From: Candidatus Magasanikiibacteriota bacterium
GTDB lineage: Bacteria; Patescibacteriota; Patescibacteriia; Magasanikbacterales; GWA2-37-8
Direction: 5' to 3'
NCBI GenBank assembly: GCA_016189025.1
Contig: JACPGS010000012.1
Span: 1 to 60,248, forward strand
Length of the DNA stretch: 60,248 nucleotides
Positions 8,718-15,363 of the stretch are shown here, piece after piece. A program made the position numbers and the translations under genes. Below the pieces are notes generated by a model. That model saw nothing but the letters and a program-made list of their open reading frames with translations, was not told the origin of the DNA and made no database searches. Numbering within the stretch: position 1 is the stretch's first letter; each line of letters starts with the position of its first letter.

Positions 8718-8808
8718 TGTCATTCCGAGGAACAGAGCACCCAACAATTGTCATCCCCGTGTAAACGGGGATCCAGATACTGGATTCCCGCTTCTGCGGG
8801 AATGACAC
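8718..8808. repeat. REP-like palindromic units (gtcattcccgc..gcgggaatgac family)
   Basis: tgtcatccccgtgtaaacggggatccag and ctggattcccgcttctgcgggaatgacac, plus a degenerate unit. The antisense ORF 8170..8808 (MSFPQKRESS..) is a translation artefact of it. Confidence 0.75.
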
Positions 8809-8901
8809 AAGAGCGAGGGTGACAAGTAGGGGACGATGACTATGAGAGCGCTTTGGAGAAAGGCTTTCTTGTTCCTCTTGACAATCATTAGTGTTATTAG
8901 G

Positions 8902-8930
8902 TTGCCAAAAAGGAAGATTTATGCTATACT
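8902..8930 (+). promoter_or_regulatory. Sigma70-type promoter candidate for paralog 4
   Basis: TTGCCA, 17 nt, TATACT. A strong SD (gaggggg) lies before the ATG at 8993. Confidence 0.5.
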
Positions 8931-8992
8931 GTAAGCATAGCTAAAAACGGATTAGTTTCCGTTAGTTTACTTAAACGAGAGGGGGTGACACT

Positions 8993-9487
8993 ATGGACAA
9001 CTTTCGTAAGATTATCGGCAGTCTGTTGGGCACGTTAATGATGTTGACGGCGGCTCCCGCTTTAGCGGGCACCACTCCAGTCGGCAGCGCTTGTACCGTG
9101 GACGCCGACTGCGTATCGCCGAACGTGTGTACCGGTTCACCCAAGGTGTGTACCGCGCCGTCAACCAGCGGCCCGCTTCAGGCCACCGACCTGCTTAATG
9201 TCGGCACGCGGAACATCGGCTCCGAAATTGGTCTGGGTACCACCGATGTCCGGATTACGATCGCCAAAATTATCCGCGTCGCCATGGGGCTCTTGGGTAT
9301 CGTCGCGGTAGTAATTGTATTGATCGGCGGCTTTACCTGGATGACGGCTGGCGGCAACGAAGAAAAAGTAGGAGAGGCGAAAAAATGGATCTGGGCCGGC
9401 ATTATCGGCCTCGCCATTATCCTCTCTGCTTACGCCATTGCCAGCTTTGTCATTACCCAGCTGATTCAAGCGACTACCCAACCGTAG
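8993..9487 (+). CDS. VirB2/TrbC-like membrane protein, paralog 4, with short N-terminal 4-Cys module
   Basis: Signal peptide ..APALAG, ACTVDADCVSPNVCTGSPKVC, and core VLIGGFTWMTAGGNEEKVGEAKKWIWAGIIGLAIILSAYAIASFV. Confidence 0.75.
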   Translation: MDNFRKIIGSLLGTLMMLTAAPALAGTTPVGSACTVDADCVSPNVCTGSPKVCTAPSTSGPLQATDLLNVGTRNIGSEIGLGTTDVRITIAKIIRVAMGLLGIVAVVIVLIGGFTWMTAGGNEEKVGEAKKWIWAGIIGLAIILSAYAIASFVITQLIQATTQP

Positions 9488-9547
9488 TAAATTTTCTTAA
9501 GTCATTTGATTACTAAAGGTCGGGGGAAAATTAACTCAACCTTACTT

Positions 9548-9958
9548 ATGTTAAAAATCAAACAATTTGTTTCCACCGCGCTTGCTGCCTTGATGGCGGT
9601 AGCGGCGACTTTCGCGCCGGTAGCGCTGCCGATTGCTTCGGCCCAGACTATCACTAACCAGGACCTGGGCATTCAATACGGCGCGGCCACCGGCCTCGGC
9701 AGCACTGATGTGCGGGTAACGGTAGCCCGCATTATCCGGGTAGCCATGGGGCTCCTGGGAATTATCGCGGTAGTAATTATCCTCATCGGCGGCTTTACCT
9801 GGATGACGGCTGGCGGCAACGAAGAAAAAGTGGCGGAAGCCAAGAAGTGGATTTTTGCCGGCATTATCGGGCTTGCCATTATCCTCTCTGCTTACGCCAT
9901 TGCCAGCTTTGTCATTAACCAGTTGGTAACGGCCACCACCACCGGCGGCACGATTTAA
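9548..9958 (+). CDS. VirB2/TrbC-like membrane protein, paralog 5 (no Cys module)
   Basis: MLKIKQFVSTALAALMAVAATFAPVALPIASA signal peptide. The core is nearly identical to paralog 4 (ILIGGFTWMTAGGNEEKVAEAKKWIFAGIIGLAIILSAYAIASFV). ATG 9548 is preferred over the TTG at 9506. Confidence 0.75.
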   Translation: MLKIKQFVSTALAALMAVAATFAPVALPIASAQTITNQDLGIQYGAATGLGSTDVRVTVARIIRVAMGLLGIIAVVIILIGGFTWMTAGGNEEKVAEAKKWIFAGIIGLAIILSAYAIASFVINQLVTATTTGGTI

Positions 9959-10046
9959 CGAAGAAGCAACCTCGCAAGAAAGCAGCCGAGCCTCGCGGCT
10001 CTCTGCTTTCTTGGCTTATTGCTTGTTCCTCGCCCCTTCATTGTTT

Positions 10047-10721
10047 ATGCTGTTTAGTCGCTTTCGCGCCTCGGCCGCCATCATCGGAATCGCCCTGGTT
10101 TTAATGCCGGCGTTGGCAACGGCGCAGGAAAAACCGGATGAGTACGGCTTGGAAACTGCCGTGGGGCAAACCGGCGGGCTGCTGCGGCCGACGGTAGCCG
10201 GGCAGAGCACCGTAGAAGGCGTAATCGGCGAAATTGTAAAGGCCTTGCTTGGGTTTACCGGCATTATTTTTTTTGGGTTGATGTTGTACGCCGGTTTTAC
10301 CTGGATGCGCGCTTTCGGCAACACCGAGTATGTGGAGCGGGCCAAGAGCATTTTGGAAGCGGCGGTGATTGGGCTTCTGCTGGTGCTGGCCGCTTATGCC
10401 ATAGCCACCTTTGTGTTTGAGAGCCTAACTAAAGGAGCGGGCAGTACGGCCGGCGGGGGAACTTCCACTGCTTTGGCCTGTACGGCGGGCAGAGTAGACG
10501 GAGCAGAATGCGGCGATAATAAGGTATGCGATTGCGGATTAGAGCAGGGAGCTGCCTGCACTAGCGCGGGAACCTGCGTAGATTTGTGCCAGTATAATTT
10601 TAGCGATAAAAACGGCGTTTGCACCGATGTTAGCGGTAGTGGCGGCGCTTGCCCGGGCAGCAAAATTAAAGAAACTGGATTGTGCCCGGGCAGCGCCAAT
10701 AATGTCTGCTGCCACGATTAG
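10047..10721 (+). CDS. VirB2/TrbC-like membrane protein, paralog 6, with C-terminal 12-Cys module
   Basis: MLFSRFRASAAIIGIALVLMPALATA signal peptide, core MLYAGFTWMRAFGNTEYVERAKSILEAAVIGLLLVLAAYAIATFV, then a Gly-rich linker and 12 Cys. Confidence 0.7.
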   Translation: MLFSRFRASAAIIGIALVLMPALATAQEKPDEYGLETAVGQTGGLLRPTVAGQSTVEGVIGEIVKALLGFTGIIFFGLMLYAGFTWMRAFGNTEYVERAKSILEAAVIGLLLVLAAYAIATFVFESLTKGAGSTAGGGTSTALACTAGRVDGAECGDNKVCDCGLEQGAACTSAGTCVDLCQYNFSDKNGVCTDVSGSGGACPGSKIKETGLCPGSANNVCCHD

Positions 10722-10734
10722 TTATTTTTTGAGT

Positions 10735-11499
10735 ATGGCGAAACGTATCTTTTATAGTTTTTTGCTGACTTTAATCGGCGGAGGATTTTTGTTTGCCCTA
10801 GCGAGCGGGGCAGCAGCCGGGCCATTTGGCGAAGCGCAAGAACGGCTCAGGAAGGCGGTTGGCAACACCGGTTTAAGTCCGCAAATTGAAACTCCGGTCG
10901 GGGCGGTGGTAAAAGGCGCGCTGTCGCTGGTGGGCACGGTATTTTTGCTGCTGACGGTTTACGCCGGCATTTTGTGGATGACGGCCGAGGGCCAGGAAGA
11001 GCGGGTGGAAAAAGCGCGCAAAATTATTACTGCGTCAGTCATCGGCCTGTTTATTACTCTGGGCGCCTACGCCATTACCTTTTTTGTCACTACGCGTCTG
11101 GGAGGGGCAGCGCCGGGGGGTGGGGGAACCACCCCAGCCGGCGTACCACCGGTATCAGGAACTCCGGGGTTCTCGGTTACCACCGAGGCTACTTGCTGGT
11201 CGCAAGGTGGTTGGTGTATGGACGATGCGTTAACCGGAGATAAGACCGGGGGGAAAGATTATGCCGTAAATGATTATGACAGCAGCAACCCCTGCGATCC
11301 CAACGGCACCGACCCGTTTGAAAATCATCAGTTGGGGACCTGTGAGAACGGCGTCAAGTGCTGCGAACTAAAGGCTTCAACGCAAAAGTGCACTCAATTA
11401 AACAATACCAGTTGCGGCGCCGCCAGTTGCGGCCCCACCCAATACCCGGTCGGCTTTAAGTGCGACAACGGCAATCCTTGTTGCGGTGCCAATCCTTGA
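10735..11499 (+). CDS. VirB2/TrbC-like membrane protein, paralog 7, with C-terminal 12-Cys module
   Basis: MAKRIFYSFLLTLIGGGFLFALASGAAA signal peptide, core TVYAGILWMTAEGQEERVEKARKIITASVIGLFITLGAYAITFFV, Gly/Pro linker, and 12 Cys (..KCCELK..PCCGANP). Confidence 0.7.
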   Translation: MAKRIFYSFLLTLIGGGFLFALASGAAAGPFGEAQERLRKAVGNTGLSPQIETPVGAVVKGALSLVGTVFLLLTVYAGILWMTAEGQEERVEKARKIITASVIGLFITLGAYAITFFVTTRLGGAAPGGGGTTPAGVPPVSGTPGFSVTTEATCWSQGGWCMDDALTGDKTGGKDYAVNDYDSSNPCDPNGTDPFENHQLGTCENGVKCCELKASTQKCTQLNNTSCGAASCGPTQYPVGFKCDNGNPCCGANP

Positions 11500-11507
11500 A
11501 CCTCCCT

Positions 11508-11993
11508 ATGAAAATTTTGGCTGGAGTAGTAGTAAGTATTTTCGTCATTTTGCTTTTTGCCGCTTCCAGTGTTTGGGCAGCGGTAGACATTGGCAGTAAT
11601 CTTACCCAAGAAGTAGCGCGCCAGGCGGGTTTTGAAACCAGTGGCGTTACCGAAACCACTTTTTCCGAACAAGTGGGGCGCGTGATAAAGGCGGCCCTGG
11701 GGCTCGCGGGCACGGTATTTTTGGCGCTTACCATCTACGCCGGCATTTTGTGGATGACCGCGAGCGGCAACGAAGAACAGGTGACCAAAGCCACCGGGAT
11801 TTTACGCCAGGCGATTATCGGCCTGATTATCGTGCTGTCGGCCTACGGTTTGGTAGTATTTGTGCTGGTGGCAGTGAGCAGCGCCGGCGGCGCCGGCACC
11901 GTGGGCGGCGCTGGGGCGAGTACGGGCCCGGCCGGATTCTGGAAGAGCTTTGGCGGGCATTTTAAGAATAATTGGTGGCGGTATTTGTTCTAA
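11508..11993 (+). CDS. VirB2/TrbC-like membrane protein, paralog 8, with Gly-rich aromatic C-tail
   Basis: MKILAGVVVSIFVILLFAASSVWA signal peptide, core TIYAGILWMTASGNEEQVTKATGILRQAIIGLIIVLSAYGLVVFV, and tail ..GFWKSFGGHFKNNWWRYLF. Confidence 0.7.
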   Translation: MKILAGVVVSIFVILLFAASSVWAAVDIGSNLTQEVARQAGFETSGVTETTFSEQVGRVIKAALGLAGTVFLALTIYAGILWMTASGNEEQVTKATGILRQAIIGLIIVLSAYGLVVFVLVAVSSAGGAGTVGGAGASTGPAGFWKSFGGHFKNNWWRYLF

Positions 11994-11994
11994 A

Positions 11995-12030
11995 GCAGAT
12001 TAAGAGATCAGCAGATTCAGCAGTCAGTCC
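11995..12030. repeat. Half-site of the cagcagattcag repeat family
   Basis: agcagattaagagatcagcagattcagcagtcagtcc. Only one arm is present. Confidence 0.5.
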
Positions 12031-12090
12031 TGTCATTCCCGCGAACGCGGGAATCTATCACCTGGATCCCCGCTTGCGCGGGGATGACAG
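12031..12090. repeat. REP-like palindromic units
   Basis: tgtcattcccgcgaacgcgggaatc and ctggatccccgcttgcgcggggatgacag. Confidence 0.75.
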
Positions 12091-12102
12091 TTTGCAACTC
12101 CT

Positions 12103-12531
12103 ATGCGCCCTACCATAATTATCCTCTCCGCTATCTTTGCCCTCGCCCTCTTAACTGCAGCAACGGCGCAGGCGCAATTGGCCTCCGAGGAAATCGGTAA
12201 ACAATTGGAGGCCGCGGCGGGCCCCAGCGGCGCCGCGCTCGGCGAGCCCATTGACCCGCGCGTTACCGTGGTGTTTATTATCCGCGTCCTGCTGTCGCTT
12301 ACCGCTACGGTACTCGTCGCCCTTAACCTTTACGCCGGATTTATGTGGATGACCGCGGCCGGCAACGAAGAGCGGGTAACTTCTGCTAAAACTATCATCC
12401 GCAATGCCACTATCGGCCTGATTATCGTGCTTTCGGCTTACTCCATTACCATTTTCGCCTTCAACCTGGCGCGCGGCACGCCGCCGGTTCCTCCGGGCGC
12501 CGAAATTGTCATCCCGCTCTTCGGCAAGTAG
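12103..12531 (+). CDS. VirB2/TrbC-like membrane protein, paralog 9
   Basis: Signal peptide ..LLTAATAQA and core LNLYAGFMWMTAAGNEERVTSAKTIIRNATIGLIIVLSAYSITIFA. Confidence 0.75.
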   Translation: MRPTIIILSAIFALALLTAATAQAQLASEEIGKQLEAAAGPSGAALGEPIDPRVTVVFIIRVLLSLTATVLVALNLYAGFMWMTAAGNEERVTSAKTIIRNATIGLIIVLSAYSITIFAFNLARGTPPVPPGAEIVIPLFGK

Positions 12532-12542
12532 CTCCCGCGCTT

Positions 12543-13256
12543 GTGGTATCCGTGATTATTCCGGCGTTTAACGAAGAGGAGCTGCTGCCGCAGTGTCTTA
12601 CTTCTCTCTCGGCGCAAAAGGGCGCTCCGCCTTTTGAAGTAATAATCGTCAATAATTTTTCCACCGACCGCACCCGCTTGGCGGCGGAGCAATTCCGCGG
12701 CCGCCTTAATTTGCGGGTAGTGGACGAGCCCCGGCGCGGGCGCGGTCAGGCGCGGGCGCGCGGATTTGCCGAAGCTCAAGGCGAAATTCTCCTCTCCACC
12801 GATGCCGACGCTATCCTGCCGGAGCACTGGGTAGCCGCTCTTACGCAGGCGCTGCAAAACCAAAACATTGCGGCCGTTACCGGCCCGGCGCGGGTCGCTG
12901 ATTGCGGCGCCCTCGGCAGCGCCCTGTTTAACGGGATTTTTTTGGCCACGGTGCGCGTGTACCGGCTGCTCTTCGGCCACGTTTGGCTCGGCGGCTATAA
13001 CTTCGGCATCCGGCGGCCGGCTTACCAGGCCGCCGGCGGCTTTAATGCGGCGCTCAACGCGATGGAAGACGTTGACTTGGGCTGGCGGGTGCATCGCTCT
13101 GGCGGGTCCATTCGCTATTTGCCCCGGGCCGGGGTAACTTTCTCCGGCCGGCGCTTCCGGACCGGCATTTCCCGGGGTCTATGGGATTACCTGCGATTAT
13201 TTTATCGTTATCGGCGGGGCGCCGCGGCGCCGGTAGTGCTGTCGGATGTGCGGTGA
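12543..13256 (+). CDS. Family 2 glycosyltransferase
   Basis: VSVIIPAFNEEELLPQCLTSL.., a DxD-like motif (STDADAILP), and ..YNFGIRR. GTG start. Confidence 0.8.
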   Translation: MVSVIIPAFNEEELLPQCLTSLSAQKGAPPFEVIIVNNFSTDRTRLAAEQFRGRLNLRVVDEPRRGRGQARARGFAEAQGEILLSTDADAILPEHWVAALTQALQNQNIAAVTGPARVADCGALGSALFNGIFLATVRVYRLLFGHVWLGGYNFGIRRPAYQAAGGFNAALNAMEDVDLGWRVHRSGGSIRYLPRAGVTFSGRRFRTGISRGLWDYLRLFYRYRRGAAAPVVLSDVR

Positions 13257-13276
13257 AGAAAACTGCGAGGTATTTT

Positions 13277-13449
13277 GAGACTATAGAAGAATGCCGACGA
13301 TACTATTATTCGTCAGGGCGCTGTCGCTCTTGCCCGGCCTGCCTGGTCGGGCGCGGCAGACACTCTACGTGCTCGCGAGGGCTCAAGCGCGTAGAGACTC
13401 GTCTGCCGCGCCCTGATTCTGACTGATTTTTTGATTCTTCTACAGTCTC
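13277..13449 (-). mobile_element. MITE-like repeat, copy C (divergent core, reverse orientation)
   Basis: TIRs gagactatagaagaat / attcttctacagtctc, inner arms gcgcggcagacactct..agagactcgtctgccgcgc, flanked by the direct repeat atttt on both sides. Confidence 0.7.
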
Positions 13450-13460
13450 ATTTTATTAGG

Positions 13461-13533
13461 GGTGTCCAGTCGGATTTGAACCGGCGCTCAGGGAGCCACA
13501 ATCCCTGGTGCTAACCACTACACTATGGACACC
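13461..13533 (-). tRNA. tRNA-His (anticodon GTG)
   Basis: G-1 plus acceptor GTGTCCA/TGGACAC, anticodon stem AGGGA/TCCCT with loop TTGTGGC, T arm GCCGG-TTCAAAT-CCGAC region. Confidence 0.85.
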
Positions 13534-13541
13534 ATCAAGCC

Positions 13542-13616
13542 TGGTGACCCCACTAGGAATTGAACCTAGATCTAGAGCTTAGAAGGCTCCCGTTCTATCC
13601 GTTGAACTATGGGGTC
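13542..13616 (-). tRNA. tRNA-Arg (anticodon TCT)
   Basis: Acceptor GACCCCA/TGGGGTC, D arm GTTC-AACGGATA-GAAC, anticodon loop CTTCTAA, T arm CTAGG-TTCAATT-CCTAG. CCA is encoded. Confidence 0.9.
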
Positions 13617-13725
13617 ATTCCCTGGGGGTCGATAAACTTCGCTTATCATACCGGATTTTGCGCACAAAAGCAAGGTGTGGTACCATATCAGTTAGTCAGC
13701 CATCCCATTCGGCAAGCTCAGGGCA

Positions 13726-13794
13726 GGCAGCAGATTCAGAAATCAGCAAGTGGTTGGCCGCTGAATCTGCCGAATCTGCTGATAACTGATTGCT
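13726..13794. repeat. Gene-less hairpin of the cagcagattcag family
   Basis: ggcagcagattcagaaatcagcaagtggttggccgctgaatctgccgaatctgctgataactgatt is nearly identical to the 8027-8115 copy. It lies directly upstream of paralog 10. Confidence 0.7.
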
Positions 13795-13809
13795 AAAAAA
13801 TTTTCTGCT

Positions 13810-14178
13810 ATGCGCACCATCAATATCATTGCCGTATGGCTAATGCTGGTAATCACTCCCCTGCTCTTAGTGGGGGTGTGGCGGGCCAGCGCCCAAAACT
13901 ACGGGTTAGATAAAACTGCCGGGCAGGCCGGCTATACCGCGGCCGAGCGCCAGATTGAGCCGCTGGTAGAGCGGGCGGTAAACGGATTTTTGGCGCTGCT
14001 CGCGATTTTGTTCCTGGGGCTGATGCTCTACGGCGGCCTGCGCTGGATGACGGCCCGCGGCAACGAGGAACTGTCCGGCCGGGCCAAACACGCCATTGAA
14101 GCGGCCATTATCGGCCTTACCATTGTGGTCGCTTCTTACGCCATCGCCACGTTGGTATTCCGGTTAGTGGGGGGTTGA
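13810..14178 (+). CDS. VirB2/TrbC-like membrane protein, paralog 10
   Basis: Signal peptide ..VGVWRASA and core LMLYGGLRWMTARGNEELSGRAKHAIEAAIIGLTIVVASYAIATLV. Confidence 0.75.
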   Translation: MRTINIIAVWLMLVITPLLLVGVWRASAQNYGLDKTAGQAGYTAAERQIEPLVERAVNGFLALLAILFLGLMLYGGLRWMTARGNEELSGRAKHAIEAAIIGLTIVVASYAIATLVFRLVGG

Positions 14179-14203
14179 CACTTTAAGCTGGTTACGCTAT
14201 ACT
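14175..14203 (+). promoter_or_regulatory. Sigma70-type promoter candidate for rpsO
   Basis: TTGACA, 17 nt, TATACT. The -35 overlaps the stop of paralog 10. Confidence 0.55.
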
Positions 14204-14273
14204 TCGGGTTGTTTTAATTCAAGTAGACCGTCCGGCCGCATGCGCTGGATGCGCCTAATATAATGCATGTCGT

Positions 14274-14642
14274 ATGATGGACCCCAAAAAGAAACAGGCG
14301 ATCATTAAAAAATATCAGACGCATGCCGGCGATACCGGCTCTAGCGAGGTGCAGATTGCCCTGCTGTCGGCCGAGATTGATGAGCTGATCGGGCACCTCA
14401 AACTTCATCCCAAAGACCATTCTTCGCGCCGCGGGCTATTGCGCAAGGTAGGGAGCCGGCGCAACCTATTGCGCTACTTCAAAAAAGAAAATCCGGCCGG
14501 CTATGAATCGCTCGTAAAAAAGCTGAAGATTAAGGCGGCGCGCGCGGTAGTTAAGCCCGGCCAGGCTACCGAGGCTACGGCGGAAGAGCTGGCGGAAGAG
14601 ATTCCCGAACCTGTCTCTGAATCCCATGATCACAGCCTCTAA
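14274..14642 (+). CDS. rpsO: 30S ribosomal protein S15 with an acidic C-terminal extension of about 35 aa
   Basis: [58 protein letters not shown] is canonical S15. The tail ..[25 protein letters not shown] is extra. Confidence 0.9.
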   Translation: MMDPKKKQAIIKKYQTHAGDTGSSEVQIALLSAEIDELIGHLKLHPKDHSSRRGLLRKVGSRRNLLRYFKKENPAGYESLVKKLKIKAARAVVKPGQATEATAEELAEEIPEPVSESHDHSL

Positions 14643-15213
14643 TCGCGGGGCAACTGCCTTGCCTAAACCGCACCCTCTTAAGCACCCGGAACAGCGCGTC
14701 GGGGTGTTTATTGACGTGCAGAACATGTATTACAGCGCTAAGAATCTGTTTGGCGCCAAGGTTAATTTCGGCAATATTGTTAAAGAGGGTACGGCCGGCC
14801 GCAAGCTGATTCGCGCCATTGCCTATGTGGTGCGCACCGAAAGCAAAGAAGAGCAGCCGTTTTTTGATGCGCTGTATAATTTAGGCATTGAAACCCGCGA
14901 AAAACCCCTGCAGATATTTTTTGGCGGTGAAAAAAAGGCAGATTGGGATGTCGGCATGGCGGTTGACGTCCTTCGGCTGGCGCCGGCCCTGGATGCAGTT
15001 GTGCTAGTTTCCGGAGACGGTGATTTTGTTCCCCTTATTGAATATGTGCGTATTAATCAAGGTCGGCAGGCCGAGGTGATGGCATTCGGTGAAACCGCTT
15101 CCAGCAAGCTGATTGAAGCGGCCGATGATTTTACCGATTTAAGCCAGGCGCCCGATAAGTTTTTAATCGCCGGCCCCCGGCGCAGCTGGCGGGCGGCGTT
15201 GGGGAAGAAATGA
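14626..15213 (+). CDS. NYN-domain (LabA/DUF88-like) putative ribonuclease
   Basis: [45 protein letters not shown] matches the NYN/LabA acidic-residue pattern. It overlaps the rpsO 3' end by 17 nt. Confidence 0.75.
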   Translation: MITASNRGATALPKPHPLKHPEQRVGVFIDVQNMYYSAKNLFGAKVNFGNIVKEGTAGRKLIRAIAYVVRTESKEEQPFFDALYNLGIETREKPLQIFFGGEKKADWDVGMAVDVLRLAPALDAVVLVSGDGDFVPLIEYVRINQGRQAEVMAFGETASSKLIEAADDFTDLSQAPDKFLIAGPRRSWRAALGKK

Positions 15214-15273
15214 GCAATTAACAATTAACAAAGAGCAATTAACTTGCTCCTTGTTCATTGCTAATTGTTAATT
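15213..15273. repeat. caattaacaat-type palindromic repeat
   Basis: gagcaattaacaattaacaaagagcaa / ttgctccttgttcattgctaattgttaatt is an imperfect hairpin starting at the NYN gene stop codon. Confidence 0.65.
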
Positions 15274-15363
15274 TTCATTTAATCACGGGTTCTGGCGCGC
15301 GGACCCCGAGACCTTTTCCGGTAAAGAGGTCTTACGCTCGCTCGCCAGCCCCGCCACTAAATT

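Noticed and set aside
8170-8808. 212-aa minus-strand ORF starting MSFPQKRESS
   Set aside because: It begins inside REP units and runs antisense through pilin paralog 3, so it is a repeat-derived artefact.
9270-9930. Paralog 4/5 near-identical segments as a DGR template/variable repeat pair
   Set aside because: There is no reverse transcriptase gene in the window. The differences are not adenine-specific, and the identical part is the conserved membrane core rather than a variable ligand-binding tip.
12438-13094. 218-aa ORF antisense to the GT2 glycosyltransferase
   Set aside because: It lies fully inside, and opposite to, a gene with clear family motifs. Its Arg/Ala/Gly-rich composition is typical of antisense frames in GC-rich DNA.
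13560-13796. 78-aa ORF overlapping tRNA-Arg and the upstream hairpin repeat
   Set aside because: It starts inside a tRNA gene and continues through a palindromic repeat. It has no coding signal.
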